Under the pieces are notes generated by a model. That model saw nothing but the letters and a program-made list of their open reading frames with translations. It was not told the DNA's origin and did no database searches. A stretch of 64,000 nucleotides of DNA from an uncultured Bacteroidia bacterium (GTDB lineage: Bacteria > Bacteroidota > Bacteroidia > Bacteroidales > ML635J-15), in assembly GCA_902800045.1 (NCBI GenBank), contig CADCCZ010000002.1, forward strand, positions 332,131-396,130, given 5' to 3'. This document shows, in pieces, positions 47,312 to 57,851 of this stretch (position 1 is its first letter; each line of letters starts with the position of its first letter). The position numbers and the translations under genes were made by a program.

Positions 47312-48583
47312 CTAATCGTCAAAGAAATAATCCGGATGTGTCCCTCTTACAACAAGCATTTCACAATAAATATCATACTGCATTCCACTGCCTACGCCAA
47401 ACACCCTAGGTATCATTTTCTTGGCAATGTCCTCGGTACTATAAACGATATCTTTTGTTATGAGACCATCCTCTACCAGCATAAGGCGCGGATTAGCTTG
47501 TCCGGCATCGGTCTTTGCTATACCTTCGGTGTCGAACACAATCTTGTCGATGCAATCGAGTCCATTGTCTTTTATGTACGATGCTGCAAGCTCTTCATTT
47601 TCGGCTGAAACTACAATGTATATCGGCGCCAAATTGACAATCTCCTTTCTAGCAATCAACGAATCAATTACCATTCTGTCGGCATCTGACACTTCATTCT
47701 TGCAATAAAACGTAATTATCTTATACATAGCACCATCAATCTCGTTCTTCGACTTTACCAAAGCTACAACAGGACTGTTTTCTTCAGCAAACTTGACTTT
47801 GTATTCTTCCCAGTCTTTATGCCTCTTCTCAAGGTCGGCACGGCACGAATCAATGTACTGCTTATAGTCGCGGTCGGTCTTTGTGAGCCTCAGATAGTTC
47901 AGCTTTATGATAGAATCGTTGACAATGTCATAGTTAATCGCAATTCTGTCATTAGAACACCATATACCACGTTCGTTGTAAATCTCACCTATATAATTGA
48001 AATCCTTATCCGCAAGAACACATGTGTGAACATGCTTTCCATAGTATTCAGAATCATAAGCTATAATATGATAATATACATCATTAGTTTTATCATATAT
48101 AAAAGTACGACGCATATCATTTTTCTCTCTGAAGACTGTATCAACATATAATTTCTCGTTGCTAGTAGCCAATTGAACTTCTGTTGGCATTATGGTATCA
48201 AAATACAACGTGTTTAAATCTATTGCTTTTACATGAAACACATTATCCGCAACTTCTTTGCGTTCCTCTCTCACCAACTCTACATCTTCTGCTTTATCCA
48301 ATTCATACATTTTTTTGCCTGTTGCCAAGTCATAATATGAATTGGTTTCGCCATAAGCGCTATAAGAAAAGACCAGAACATCCTTGCCGTCAATGTCCAA
48401 AAGTGTTAGAGGACGCGTTCTGCTGGCATACCGAGTGCCCCTGTCTTCTGGATTTACCAGGATTTCCTGTGTCTTATACACTTCCCACTCATAAACTGCA
48501 GGTTCTGGCTTTGCATTGCGATTGCACGAAACCAACGTCGCCATTAATGCGGCAATTCCTAATAACCAAAATGGTTTTCTCAT
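47312..48583 (-). CDS. Hypothetical lipoprotein (423 aa)
   Basis: Lipobox MATLVSC. No recognised catalytic motif. Confidence 0.6.
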   Translation of the reverse strand: MRKPFWLLGIAALMATLVSCNRNAKPEPAVYEWEVYKTQEILVNPEDRGTRYASRTRPLTLLDIDGKDVLVFSYSAYGETNSYYDLATGKKMYELDKAEDVELVREERKEVADNVFHVKAIDLNTLYFDTIMPTEVQLATSNEKLYVDTVFREKNDMRRTFIYDKTNDVYYHIIAYDSEYYGKHVHTCVLADKDFNYIGEIYNERGIWCSNDRIAINYDIVNDSIIKLNYLRLTKTDRDYKQYIDSCRADLEKRHKDWEEYKVKFAEENSPVVALVKSKNEIDGAMYKIITFYCKNEVSDADRMVIDSLIARKEIVNLAPIYIVVSAENEELAASYIKDNGLDCIDKIVFDTEGIAKTDAGQANPRLMLVEDGLITKDIVYSTEDIAKKMIPRVFGVGSGMQYDIYCEMLVVRGTHPDYFFDD

Positions 48584-48810
48584 AAAACTAATCTCCTAAA
48601 ATTTAATGTTATACGAATAAAAATCAAACTTGTCTGCCTTTCCTTTTTTCTCCAAAGCGCAGAACCTTCTCCGGAATGATTAAACATATTATATCAACAA
48701 CTCTATTCCATCATCATATCGGCTACAAAAATAAAAAATTATTCTTAATAAATATTCAAAGGTTAAAAAATTAAATTTAGTATGTTTTGTATATAACAAT
48801 AATGCACAAA

Positions 48811-48835
48811 AGGCGGATTTATTGCACATCCGCCT
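48811..48835 (-). terminator. Rho-independent terminator after gltX
   Basis: AGGCGGA-N11-TCCGCCT, with TTTT on the minus-strand side. Confidence 0.55.
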
Positions 48836-48890
48836 TTTGTATATTGAAAATTTCTGCCTTTCGGCAAATAAATTGCTTATATATAAATAA

Positions 48891-50396
48891 TTAAGCCTTC
48901 AGTTCCTTGACTAAATTTTCTATTCTTTTCAAGGTTTCGGCCTTACCGATGACTTCAATCATATCGAAAACGCTCGGGCCTTTGCCTTCGCCAACGATAG
49001 CCAGACGGAAAGGCGACATAACCTTGCCAAATCCCCATTCGTTGCCTTCTATCCAAGCCTTTACAGCACCTTCGGTAGTTTCTGGCTTGAAGTCGGGGCA
49101 CTTGTCCAGAATGGTAATCAACGTTTCGAGAACCTCGGCAGTATCTTCCTTGCAGGCTTTCTTCTTGAACTTTTCGTCGAACTGAGTAGGCGTCTCGAAG
49201 AAGAAGCGGGTTTCGTCCCACATTTCGTGGATAAACGAAATACGTTCCTTCATAAGTTCACAGATGCGTACTATGTCGAACTTCGAGTAGTCGATGCCAC
49301 GTGCGTCCAAATCCTTGCGGAAAAGTTCGGCGACTTCCTCTGCCGACTTCTTCATTATGTACTGGTGGTTGAACCATTTGGTCTTGTCGGGGTCGAAACG
49401 GCTTCCGCTCTTGCCGACGCGCTCGATTGTGAATTCCTTAATGAGTTCGTCCATCGAGAAGATTTCCTGCTCGGTGCCTGGATTCCAGCCCAAAAGTGCC
49501 AGCATATTGATGAAAGCCTCTGGGAAATATCCATCTTCGCGGTAACCCTTGCACATTTCGCCGTTGTTGTTGAACTGCATCGGGAAAACAGGGAAACCAA
49601 GCTGGTCGCCGTCGCGCTTGCTGAGCTTGCCCTTTCCGCTTGGCTTGAGGATAAGCGGCAAGTGTGCGAACTTAGGATGTTCCCAGCCAAATGCTTCGTA
49701 CAACAATATATGCAACGGCAACGATGGCAGCCATTCCTCACCACGGATGACGTGGGTGATTTCCATCAGGTGGTCATCTACTATGTTTGCAAGGTGATAG
49801 GTTGGCAAGCCGTCGGTCTTCATCAGCACCTTGTCGTCCATTTCCTTGGTGTTGAAAGTGATGTCGCCACGGATTTCGTCGTGGGTTTCAAGCACGCGGT
49901 TTTCCGGCACCTTGAAGCGCAAAACGTATGGAGTGCCGTTTTTCAGCAGTTCGTCAACTTCTTCCTTGCTCATCGAAAGGCTGTTGCGCAGGCTCATGCG
50001 AGTGGAAAAGTTGTAGATGAAGGTTTTGCCTTCCTTTTCGGCTGCAGCACGGAGCTCGTTCAGTTCCTCTGGCGTATCGAAAGCCATATATACGCTACCG
50101 TTGTCGATGAGTATCTGTGCATACTTTGCATAAATGTCCTTGCGGTCGCTCTGGCGGTACGGACCGTATTTTCCGCCTTCGCGGATACCTTCGTCGAATT
50201 TTATGCCGCACCATTCGAGCGAATTCATAATGTATTCCTCGGCACCCTCGACGTAGCGGGTCTGGTCGGTGTCTTCGATTCGGAGAATCATCTGTCCGCC
50301 GTTGTGACGAGCAAACAAATAGTTGTACAATGCGGTTCTAACTCCGCCTATGTGAAGCGGTCCCGTAGGACTAGGTGCAAATCTTACCCTTACCAT
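48891..50396 (-). CDS. gltX: Glutamate--tRNA ligase
   Basis: RFAPSPTGPLHIGGVRTALYNYLFAR (HIGH) and KLSKR (KMSKS). 501 aa. Confidence 0.95.
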   Translation of the reverse strand: MVRVRFAPSPTGPLHIGGVRTALYNYLFARHNGGQMILRIEDTDQTRYVEGAEEYIMNSLEWCGIKFDEGIREGGKYGPYRQSDRKDIYAKYAQILIDNGSVYMAFDTPEELNELRAAAEKEGKTFIYNFSTRMSLRNSLSMSKEEVDELLKNGTPYVLRFKVPENRVLETHDEIRGDITFNTKEMDDKVLMKTDGLPTYHLANIVDDHLMEITHVIRGEEWLPSLPLHILLYEAFGWEHPKFAHLPLILKPSGKGKLSKRDGDQLGFPVFPMQFNNNGEMCKGYREDGYFPEAFINMLALLGWNPGTEQEIFSMDELIKEFTIERVGKSGSRFDPDKTKWFNHQYIMKKSAEEVAELFRKDLDARGIDYSKFDIVRICELMKERISFIHEMWDETRFFFETPTQFDEKFKKKACKEDTAEVLETLITILDKCPDFKPETTEGAVKAWIEGNEWGFGKVMSPFRLAIVGEGKGPSVFDMIEVIGKAETLKRIENLVKELKA

Positions 50397-50487
50397 AATG
50401 TTTTAATTTTTTGTGGTGCAAAAATACAATATTATTTACGAATTACGAAGGATGATTTTAGATTGATTTGTGGGGAATGTTATTGGG

Positions 50488-51021
50488 TTAAATATCAGAT
50501 TCCCATTTTGAAACATTATTTTCAATGTATTCGGAAATGCGATTCATTTCGTTCTGGTCGCGAATAATGTGGTCATAAAAACGGGGTTGCCATTGGAATG
50601 GAATGTCATTTTGACGGGCAAATCGTGTAACGGATTGTTTGAAACCGCCAATCATGGTTGATAATCGGCCCTGATGATTGGCAATTTTTTGCATGGGTTC
50701 GTTTTTGTTTTCTGTAGAAACGCGCCATGGCACGGTTCTACAATCGTTATCGGAAATTATTGCAATTAAATGAATATGATCGGGCATAATTACATATTCG
50801 GGAATTTGTGCGTATGGGTTGTGTTCCGAAATTTTTTGCACACATTCATCCATGTATTTCCCCACCGCCGACATTTGCATTTCGCCGTCAACGATTTCCC
50901 CGAAATAATGTTTCCTATCCTTTGTACATATCGTAATGAAATATTCACCGCCATTATAATCGTGCCACGATGCGCGTTTAGAACCAATACGGTATTTATT
51001 TTGAAATTTCTCTGCTGGCAT
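50488..51021 (-). CDS. IS200/IS605-like Y1 (HUH) transposase, RayT-like, solitary
   Basis: 177 aa. HUH motif in VIMPDHIHLI. Size and layout fit REP-associated tyrosine transposases. There is no adjacent tnpB and no obvious IS ends. Confidence 0.65.
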   Translation of the reverse strand: MPAEKFQNKYRIGSKRASWHDYNGGEYFITICTKDRKHYFGEIVDGEMQMSAVGKYMDECVQKISEHNPYAQIPEYVIMPDHIHLIAIISDNDCRTVPWRVSTENKNEPMQKIANHQGRLSTMIGGFKQSVTRFARQNDIPFQWQPRFYDHIIRDQNEMNRISEYIENNVSKWESDI

Positions 51022-51070
51022 AAATTGACATTAATCAAAATGCAAATATACACCTATTTGTCATTTTTTG

Positions 51071-51100
51071 AAAAAAGGTCGCCTTGTTTCAGACGACCTT
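51071..51100 (-). terminator. Rho-independent terminator after the anti-sigma-like gene
   Basis: Minus strand reads AAGGTCG-tctgaaacaagg-CGACCTT followed by TTTTTT. Confidence 0.65.
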
Positions 51101-51117
51101 TGAAAAATCATAATACT

Positions 51118-52362
51118 CTACCTCATTACGTTTACGGTTCCTTTCCGCGTCTGGCTGTTGCCGTAATTGTCCACCGTCTTTATTATCCAGTAGTACACGC
51201 CAGCCTCGACGGCAGTTCCCACATTGTTTACCTTACCGTTCCACTGTACCGACGGGTCGGTCGAAGTAAACACAACATCTCCCCTCGAATTGGTTATACC
51301 AAAACTATATGTCTTGAAATTTAGATCTTCGCCTATTGGTCCGAATGTTGAATTTACGCCTTCGGAATCGGGGGTAAACGCATTCGGGACATAAAATACA
51401 TGTGTAATAACAACTTTTACTGTCTTGATGGTTTCTGCCGAACATTCGCCATCGGCAAGAACCAACTTTATCGGATAGTCGCCACTGCGGACAAACTCGT
51501 ATTCAACCGACTTGTCTGTAAACGACTTACCGTCGATTTCCCACTTGTACGACAAATTAACCGTTCTGCCTGTATAAAATGTATAAGTATTGTCGGTTGA
51601 ACGCCACGAAAAATCAGCGACAGGTGTTTCTCCAATAGTAATTGCATCAAGAGTAACTTTTTTCTGCAACTTACCATTGCGGTACACCGATGCCGATGGC
51701 GTGTAGGTTCCCTTCTTGCGGTATTCGCAGGTTGCATTGTTGCCGTTGCCCTGCTTTCCGTTGCCGAAATCCCACACAACTTCGCAGTCGGCCTCGACAC
51801 CAACAGCCACAAACTTTGCTATTGCTGGCGTACAATGCCTGTCGCACGAAACCGAGAACGACGGTTCGCTAAGGACTTTCGGCGTCGGCTTAGGCTGATT
51901 GTCCTGCGCATTGGTGGCGACTTCCTGTTTTTCGTTGCTAGCTGAAGTTTCGGTTTGAATTGCAGGTTCGGCCTTTGTTTCTGTTATATCAGTATTATTT
52001 GTTTCAGCAACTTCGGTCGTAGTAGTTTTGTTCGCCTCCGAAATTCTATCATTAGGCATTGTAGAAGGTTGTTCGGTTGTGTAAGTAGCATTTTCGTTAG
52101 TTTCGGTGGTCTGCATAGGATTCGAAATTTCGGACTTTGCCAAAGGCTCTTCGGTCAAAGGCTTTTCGTCGTTGTGCCACAGCACAGCCACAAGCACACC
52201 GGCAACAACCAATGCACCCGCAGCTCCGCCGACAATAAACTTGCCGAACCGCTGCATAAAGGTCCGCTTTGGCAGACGCTTTTCGAGCTGTGCCCAGCCG
52301 TTGGGGTAGAATTCCCCCTCGTATTCGGATAATATTTTCTTTAAATCATTCATCTTCGCCAT
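51118..52362 (-). CDS. Anti-sigma-like membrane protein with PKD domains and a T9SS type B (CHU_C) C-terminal domain
   Basis: An N-terminal cytoplasmic segment of about 40 aa plus a TM helix (IVGGAAGALVVAGVLVAVLW), a T/E-rich linker, and a PKD-like region (VVWDFGNGKQGNGNNATCEYRKKGTYT). C-terminal VPNAFTPDSEGVNSTFGPIG...GVYYWIIK. It overlaps the upstream ECF sigma gene. Confidence 0.65.
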   Translation of the reverse strand: MAKMNDLKKILSEYEGEFYPNGWAQLEKRLPKRTFMQRFGKFIVGGAAGALVVAGVLVAVLWHNDEKPLTEEPLAKSEISNPMQTTETNENATYTTEQPSTMPNDRISEANKTTTTEVAETNNTDITETKAEPAIQTETSASNEKQEVATNAQDNQPKPTPKVLSEPSFSVSCDRHCTPAIAKFVAVGVEADCEVVWDFGNGKQGNGNNATCEYRKKGTYTPSASVYRNGKLQKKVTLDAITIGETPVADFSWRSTDNTYTFYTGRTVNLSYKWEIDGKSFTDKSVEYEFVRSGDYPIKLVLADGECSAETIKTVKVVITHVFYVPNAFTPDSEGVNSTFGPIGEDLNFKTYSFGITNSRGDVVFTSTDPSVQWNGKVNNVGTAVEAGVYYWIIKTVDNYGNSQTRKGTVNVMR

Positions 52363-52933
52363 ATTTATTTATATACATCTGTCTAAGTCTCTGTTTTGCC
52401 TTTGCTAGGTTCGACTTCGATGTGCCAACCGAAATCCCAAGCCTCTCGGCAATTTCATTGTGCGGAAGTTCGTCGACAACGTACATGTTAAACACTGCCC
52501 TATACACTGGCGACAACTCCTGCAGAAGTTCCACAATGCGGTCGGCACTTCGCTCCTTCCGCGCAATCCTGTCAAGTTCTTCGTCGGCATCGTAGGATTC
52601 ATCTATTTTTTCCTCGTCAATGTCGGAAAAATGAAACTTCGACGTCTTACGTAGCGAATCAACAAGATTGTTCACAATTATTCGCTTTATCCACAAAACC
52701 AAAGAACCTGACATCTGATAGCTATCGATTCTTTCGAACACCTTAACATAGCCATCCTGCACGAAATCCATCGCCTCCTCGGAGTTGGACGAATAACGCA
52801 GACAGACACCCATCATCTGTTTAAATGTCTGACTATAAAGAATATGCTGATAATACCTATCGTTCTTTGCACATCCCTTTGCGATTTTCTTCGCATCGTC
52901 GGCATTATTTATGTCCAACTCATCCTTCCGCAT
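52346..52933 (-). CDS. ECF-type RNA polymerase sigma-70 family factor
   Basis: Region 2 (DFVQDGYVKVF, WIKRIIVN) and region 4 HTH (LPHNEIAERLGISVGTSKSNLAKAKQRL). ATG at 52933. Confidence 0.85.
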   Translation of the reverse strand: MRKDELDINNADDAKKIAKGCAKNDRYYQHILYSQTFKQMMGVCLRYSSNSEEAMDFVQDGYVKVFERIDSYQMSGSLVLWIKRIIVNNLVDSLRKTSKFHFSDIDEEKIDESYDADEELDRIARKERSADRIVELLQELSPVYRAVFNMYVVDELPHNEIAERLGISVGTSKSNLAKAKQRLRQMYINKYGEDE

Positions 52934-53305
52934 ACACCATATAGACGTAATTTTTATTATTTGGTTGCCTGCTTGAAGCAATTTTTTTTCTGCATGTTAC
53001 AAAAAAAAGAGCCTTGTCAATTTTTTCCTCATTAAATTGATATCAGACAATAGAACAAAAATAATACAATCATTTGAACCCAATGGAATATTTTTCAAAA
53101 TTCTTTCAAAATTTTACCTATAACATTTGATGTCCCAAAACTGCAAACGTTTTTTCAAATATGGCAACAAGTTCAGGATGACAAAAGTGTCTGCAGATTA
53201 AATTTACACAACGATATGGCTACTATATATAATTACAATGGGGAGAAAATCATAAATTGCACTTCGTAACCTTTAGCTCGGCTTTGCAAAATCGTAAATA
53301 AACTT

Positions 53306-53313
53306 TATTTTTG
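53306..53313 (+). promoter_or_regulatory. Candidate -7 box TAttTTTG
   Basis: TAnnTTTG, 18 bp before the ATG at 53331. Confidence 0.45.
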
Positions 53314-53330
53314 CAAAAATTTTTGAACCT

Positions 53331-54986
53331 ATGACCGAAAATAAATCACAGACCAACTACGGGGCCCTGTCGATACTTATAATAGTATTCTTCTTCTGGG
53401 GCTTCATGGCAGCAGGAAACAGCATTTTCATTCCTTTCTGCAAGCATTATTTCAACTTGGACCAGTTCCAGAGCCAGCTTATCGACTTTGCGTTCTACCT
53501 TGCATATTATGTAGGTGCATTGATTCTTTTTGCCTACTCGGTGGCAAAGCGAAGCGACTTCATTGCAAAATCGGGCTACAAGAAATCAATCGTGTACGGA
53601 CTGCTCCTGTCGGCAGTGGGTGCGGCAGCGATGATTGTTGCTGTTGGTGCCGACAACTTCACAGGAATGCTTATCGGACTGTTTGTAGTGGGGCTCGGCT
53701 TCTCGTTGCAACAGACAGCAGGAAATCCTTTTGCAATAACACTAGGTCCGCCAGCCACAGGCGCTTCGCGTATTAACCTCTGCGGAGGCCTCAACTCGTT
53801 TGGTACGGCCATAGGCCCGATTATCGTGGCATTGCTTCTTTTCGGAACCACCGCAGCCGTTAGCGACGAGGAAATCGCAAACCTCGAAATCAGCAAGGCT
53901 CAAATACTTTATGCCGGCGTTGGCGTTCTGTTCCTTATTGCCGCAGCAATATTCTTCTTCTCGAAGAAACTGCCAAACGACACCTCAGACGAAAAGACCG
54001 AAAAGTCGAGCAAGGCACTTGTCGCCCTCACTATAATGACAGTATTGCTAGTTGCAATGTTCATACCTGTATTCATGAGCTACCGCGAAAGTTTTACCGC
54101 AATGGAAAATGTTGAGATTTTCCGCGTGATATTCCTTTTGGCAACGCTTCTGATTGTTTTCGTAACATTGCTTTCTGTCAATGGCCTGGCAAAAAAGAAA
54201 TCGGAAGGCTGGGGTGCAATGAAGTATCCGCAGCTTGTGTTCGGTATGCTTGCAATCTTCGTCTATGTAGGCGTTGAAGTTTCGACAGTAAGCAACTTTG
54301 GCGAACTTCTGCAGAAACCCGACTTCGGCGGATTCGCAGCCAACGAGGTCGCTCCGTTTATCTCGATGTACTGGGGCAGCCTTATGATAGGTCGCTGGAC
54401 AGGTGCTGTTGCCGCCTTCGACTTCAAATCTACGACAAAGAAGATTCTTACAATAGTCGTTCCGCTGGTAGCATTCGGAGTAGTGCTGGGCGTAAATGCA
54501 ATTTCGCAATACAGCATCGTGGTTCTGCTTCCATACATCGCACTTATAGCAATACAGATAGCAGCATTCTTCTTCACCAAGAACAAACCGGCACGCACCT
54601 TGTTCATCTTCGCAGTACTTGCAGTATGTATGATGCTCGTAGGCATTTGCACCGAAGGCATGGTTTCGGTTTATGCAATTATGGCTGGAGGTTTGTTCTG
54701 CTCCATCATGTGGTCGTCGATTTTCAACCTTGCACTGGCAGGACTCGGCAAATACACAACCCAGGGTTCGGCATTCCTCGTGATGATGATTCTTGGCGGT
54801 GCTGTAATTCCTCCAATCCAGGGCAAACTGGCCGACTATATGCAGACGCTTTCGCCGACCGAAGGGTTCGGAATACATTATTCGTACGTAATACCTGTCC
54901 TATGCTTTGCATTCCTTGCATTCTTTGCAATGTATGTAAAGAGGATTCTGAAGAAACAGGGAATCGACTACGACAGCGAAGTGTAG
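53331..54986 (+). CDS. Sugar MFS transporter (FucP/GluP-like), unusually long
   Basis: 551 aa with 12 or more TM helices. The N-terminal region ([39 protein letters not shown]) is typical of fucose/glucose-galactose permeases. Confidence 0.6.
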   Translation: MTENKSQTNYGALSILIIVFFFWGFMAAGNSIFIPFCKHYFNLDQFQSQLIDFAFYLAYYVGALILFAYSVAKRSDFIAKSGYKKSIVYGLLLSAVGAAAMIVAVGADNFTGMLIGLFVVGLGFSLQQTAGNPFAITLGPPATGASRINLCGGLNSFGTAIGPIIVALLLFGTTAAVSDEEIANLEISKAQILYAGVGVLFLIAAAIFFFSKKLPNDTSDEKTEKSSKALVALTIMTVLLVAMFIPVFMSYRESFTAMENVEIFRVIFLLATLLIVFVTLLSVNGLAKKKSEGWGAMKYPQLVFGMLAIFVYVGVEVSTVSNFGELLQKPDFGGFAANEVAPFISMYWGSLMIGRWTGAVAAFDFKSTTKKILTIVVPLVAFGVVLGVNAISQYSIVVLLPYIALIAIQIAAFFFTKNKPARTLFIFAVLAVCMMLVGICTEGMVSVYAIMAGGLFCSIMWSSIFNLALAGLGKYTTQGSAFLVMMILGGAVIPPIQGKLADYMQTLSPTEGFGIHYSYVIPVLCFAFLAFFAMYVKRILKKQGIDYDSEV

Positions 54987-54989
54987 GGA

Positions 54990-55450
54990 ATTGTTTCTAT
55001 GCCTACGGCGTTTCAATAGCTACGCTGTTTCTAGGTTTCATGTGCTTCGCACGTTTAACTTCGTTGAGGACTACTTGTGCTGAGCGCAGTCGAAGTACGC
55101 CGTTCAAGTTTTAGGTTTAAAGTTCAACGGTTCAATGTTCAAAAAAGGAATGTCATTCTGAACTTGTTTCAGAATCTAATTCCTTTTTTTGTTTCAAGTT
55201 TAACTTCGTTGAGGGCTTCGCCGTTCAAGGGCTAAAGCCCGTTTCTGGGTTTGGGGCTTGCAAGCTCAAAGGCTCACAGGCTTGAAGGTTTGCCCCCCAT
55301 CTTTAAGGCCATTAAGGCCTTTAATGACCTTAAGGCATGTGGGGGGCAACTGCATTCTGCTAGACTGCAAGCCTGCAAGACTGCTAGACTGTCAGCCTGT
55401 TAGACAGCTAGACTGCCAGCCTGTTAGACTTTTAGCCCCTTTTTGTTGCC
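54990..55450. repeat. Mosaic intergenic repeat block related (inverted) to 14389-14790, with a 24-25-bp x3 tandem array at 55357-55430
   Basis: gtttaacttcgttgagggcttcgccgtt (55199-55226) is the reverse complement of 14603-14630 (27/28). gcctacggcgttt and acgctgtttct modules are shared. The tandem array reads ctgctagactgcaagcctgcaaga / ctgctagactgtcagcctgttagaca / gctagactgccagcctgttagact. Confidence 0.8.
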
Positions 55451-55581
55451 AATTCTAAACGCTTTTTATTTCCCCAAAACACCAAAAGAGTCACTTTGTG
55501 CTTAAAATTTCGACATATATCTAAATTTAAAATATTTACGTATGTTTTTTTTTACACATATTTCACTTACAAATTAATCTA

Positions 55582-55589
55582 TATATTTG
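55582..55589 (+). promoter_or_regulatory. Candidate -7 box TAtaTTTG
   Basis: TAnnTTTG, 31 bp before the ATG at 55620. Confidence 0.4.
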
Positions 55590-55619
55590 CAATGTGAATC
55601 AACTTAAAATTATTGAGTT

Positions 55620-56078
55620 ATGAAAAGAGCACTGATCATATCACTTCTCGTTGCAGCAATGGGAATGATAGCATTTGTAGGTTGTGAAAAAGAAGACACA
55701 ATGGAAATTCCTGTTGTAACCAAACCGCAAACAACTCCTGTAACTCACAATACAACGTTGTCATATACAGGATGTCATTCAAGCCAAAGTAAAGGCTATT
55801 ATGATCCTATAGTAACAACGGAGTATGAAAATGGAGTGTTACTATTAAATATTGATAATTTCCATATTGATTGTGGTAAGGATAGTGTTTCTTCAGAAAT
55901 AGAGTTCGACAATCAAACCATTAATGTGAATTTGTTTGAAATAGGTCCTAATAGTACAAATTGCACTTGTCCAATAGATGTCGACTATTCAATTGATAAT
56001 ATAAAGCCTAACTCATACGAACTAATAATATCACAGCGTGGTTGGATTTTTTATCAGGAAGAAATAACCTGCGAATAG
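55620..56078 (+). CDS. Hypothetical lipoprotein
   Basis: Lipobox MIAFVGC. 152 aa. Confidence 0.6.
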   Translation: MKRALIISLLVAAMGMIAFVGCEKEDTMEIPVVTKPQTTPVTHNTTLSYTGCHSSQSKGYYDPIVTTEYENGVLLLNIDNFHIDCGKDSVSSEIEFDNQTINVNLFEIGPNSTNCTCPIDVDYSIDNIKPNSYELIISQRGWIFYQEEITCE

Positions 56079-56215
56079 TTCGTATATCCACAAAAAGTCT
56101 CCACAAATATAATTGTTTGAAAAAATTCTAATCCCCGTGCAACGAAATCGATGTTTTCGTTGTCATAGGGATACAATAGTATTTTCATCATAGATTTTTC
56201 ATCATTATGAAAAAA

Positions 56216-56246
56216 GGCAGAGGTTCCCCGCCTCTGCCAATTTTTT
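56216..56246 (+). terminator. Rho-independent terminator
   Basis: GGCAGAGG-ttccccg-CCTCTGCC followed by aaTTTTTT. Confidence 0.6.
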
Positions 56247-56327
56247 ACATAAAAAACAGAAATACCTTTGTCCATATTGTAATTTGTCTTAAATTTGCCG
56301 TGTTATTAACTTTAAAGTTTTGTATAT

Positions 56328-57386
56328 ATGAGAACTATATTGTTGAGCATTTTAATGCTTTCGCTAGGATTCTTCAGTATTTCTTTGCAATCTTGCTCGA
56401 AAAACAAGGGCTTGCGTGTAATTGAAACAGAAGATGCTGTCATACAGTACCCTAGCAATTTGTCGCTTATTAACGACAGTATGCTTTTGATTGACGACCA
56501 GTCAATTTCATTTTCGCTTAATACGAATACAGGAGAACTGAAAAAGTTGGACGAGGATGAAAAATACATCGAAAAGTGCTATGCTGCAATCGCCAGCTAC
56601 AACTATTTTGGAGGCAAAATACTTCAGCGTGAACAAGATTTTTCAATTGTATATCCTCGTTTTTCTTGTATTGACAAGAATTGTGCAAATGTAAGACTAG
56701 TTAGCGTTTCTGTGTGCATAAAAGAGGATTCCTTTTCATCAGCAGTGCGACAAGCAGTTTTTGTTACTGGTCCAAAGGGAGACAAACTTCTTGTTGAGAA
56801 AAATGATTCAACAGTAATGCCATATCTTAAACTTGCATTTGGAAATGCCTACATTTCCGACACACTGGTCATTATGCCTAGAGTTGCATACTTCACAAAA
56901 AACACCACCCCCGACACTTTACCGCTATTGTCGGTATTTTCAATCGACAACGACGGAGACTTGAGCTACAAAAAGGATTTGTATTTTAAGAATGTGCCAG
57001 CCTACAATACATGCACCTGCGACGATAAAAGTGACGAATGCCACAGCGTGTCTTCGTTCTCATTCCATACTGCCAACGGGAAGATATACCTATCCAATGG
57101 AGTGGACATTTACGAATATCGTAATGGAGAAGTGTCAAAGTTGGCAAGCCCGGCACAAAACAGCATAACCGCGTTCAGATTTGATGGCGACACAATATAT
57201 ACCATAGAGGAAGACACCGCCAAAGTTTACACAGCCAATGCATATTCGCTAAATACGCAGAAGCCTATAGATTGCAGATACAGCATTCCTGCAGGGCTGG
57301 ACATCCGCACAATCGATTTTATTGGCGAAAACCTGCATGTCCTGCATTTCGAGGGAGAGAATTTTTATTTACTGACAATCAAATAG
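56328..57386 (+). CDS. Hypothetical lipoprotein (352 aa)
   Basis: Lipobox SISLQSC. No recognised domain. Confidence 0.6.
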   Translation: MRTILLSILMLSLGFFSISLQSCSKNKGLRVIETEDAVIQYPSNLSLINDSMLLIDDQSISFSLNTNTGELKKLDEDEKYIEKCYAAIASYNYFGGKILQREQDFSIVYPRFSCIDKNCANVRLVSVSVCIKEDSFSSAVRQAVFVTGPKGDKLLVEKNDSTVMPYLKLAFGNAYISDTLVIMPRVAYFTKNTTPDTLPLLSVFSIDNDGDLSYKKDLYFKNVPAYNTCTCDDKSDECHSVSSFSFHTANGKIYLSNGVDIYEYRNGEVSKLASPAQNSITAFRFDGDTIYTIEEDTAKVYTANAYSLNTQKPIDCRYSIPAGLDIRTIDFIGENLHVLHFEGENFYLLTIK

Positions 57387-57393
57387 TTTTAAT

Positions 57394-57804
57394 ATGAGAT
57401 TTTTAAGATTTTTAGTATTTTTCATTGGTGCAGCCTGCATGCTTGCATCATGCAAGACAAAAGTTGAGAATGGTTATGTTGCGTATATAAATGCTAGGGA
57501 ATATATCAATTTGACCGACGGTAATACATATATGTTATCGAATCCCGAGTTCAACAAAAAACTACGCGACAACAATGTGACCATTGTTTTTCCAGACATG
57601 CGCGAAGTTGAAAAAAAGAAGACAATCAAAGATTATTCCGTCGAAGGCATGAATGTCATATTCAGCGACGAGGAAATGGAATACTACAAGAAACTCTCGG
57701 GCACAGATTATTCTGCAATGCTGAAGATTAAATCAGGAGAAGTAAAAGAAGTCATCAATTTATTCGATTTGAAATACTGGGAATATGAATTCAATCTCGA
57801 ATAA
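57394..57804 (+). CDS. Hypothetical lipoprotein (136 aa)
   Basis: Lipobox CMLASC. Starts 7 bp after the preceding gene. Confidence 0.55.
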   Translation: MRFLRFLVFFIGAACMLASCKTKVENGYVAYINAREYINLTDGNTYMLSNPEFNKKLRDNNVTIVFPDMREVEKKKTIKDYSVEGMNVIFSDEEMEYYKKLSGTDYSAMLKIKSGEVKEVINLFDLKYWEYEFNLE

Positions 57805-57851
57805 TATTCCTATCGAATAACAAAAACGGCAGATGCGTAGGTAATATACAA

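Noticed and set aside
56054-56275. Minus-strand ORF 56054..56275 (73 aa) and other short ORFs in the 56.08-56.33 kb gap.
   Set aside because: It overlaps the end of the 55620..56078 gene and a clear plus-strand terminator hairpin. There is no motif or signal, so it is probably spurious.
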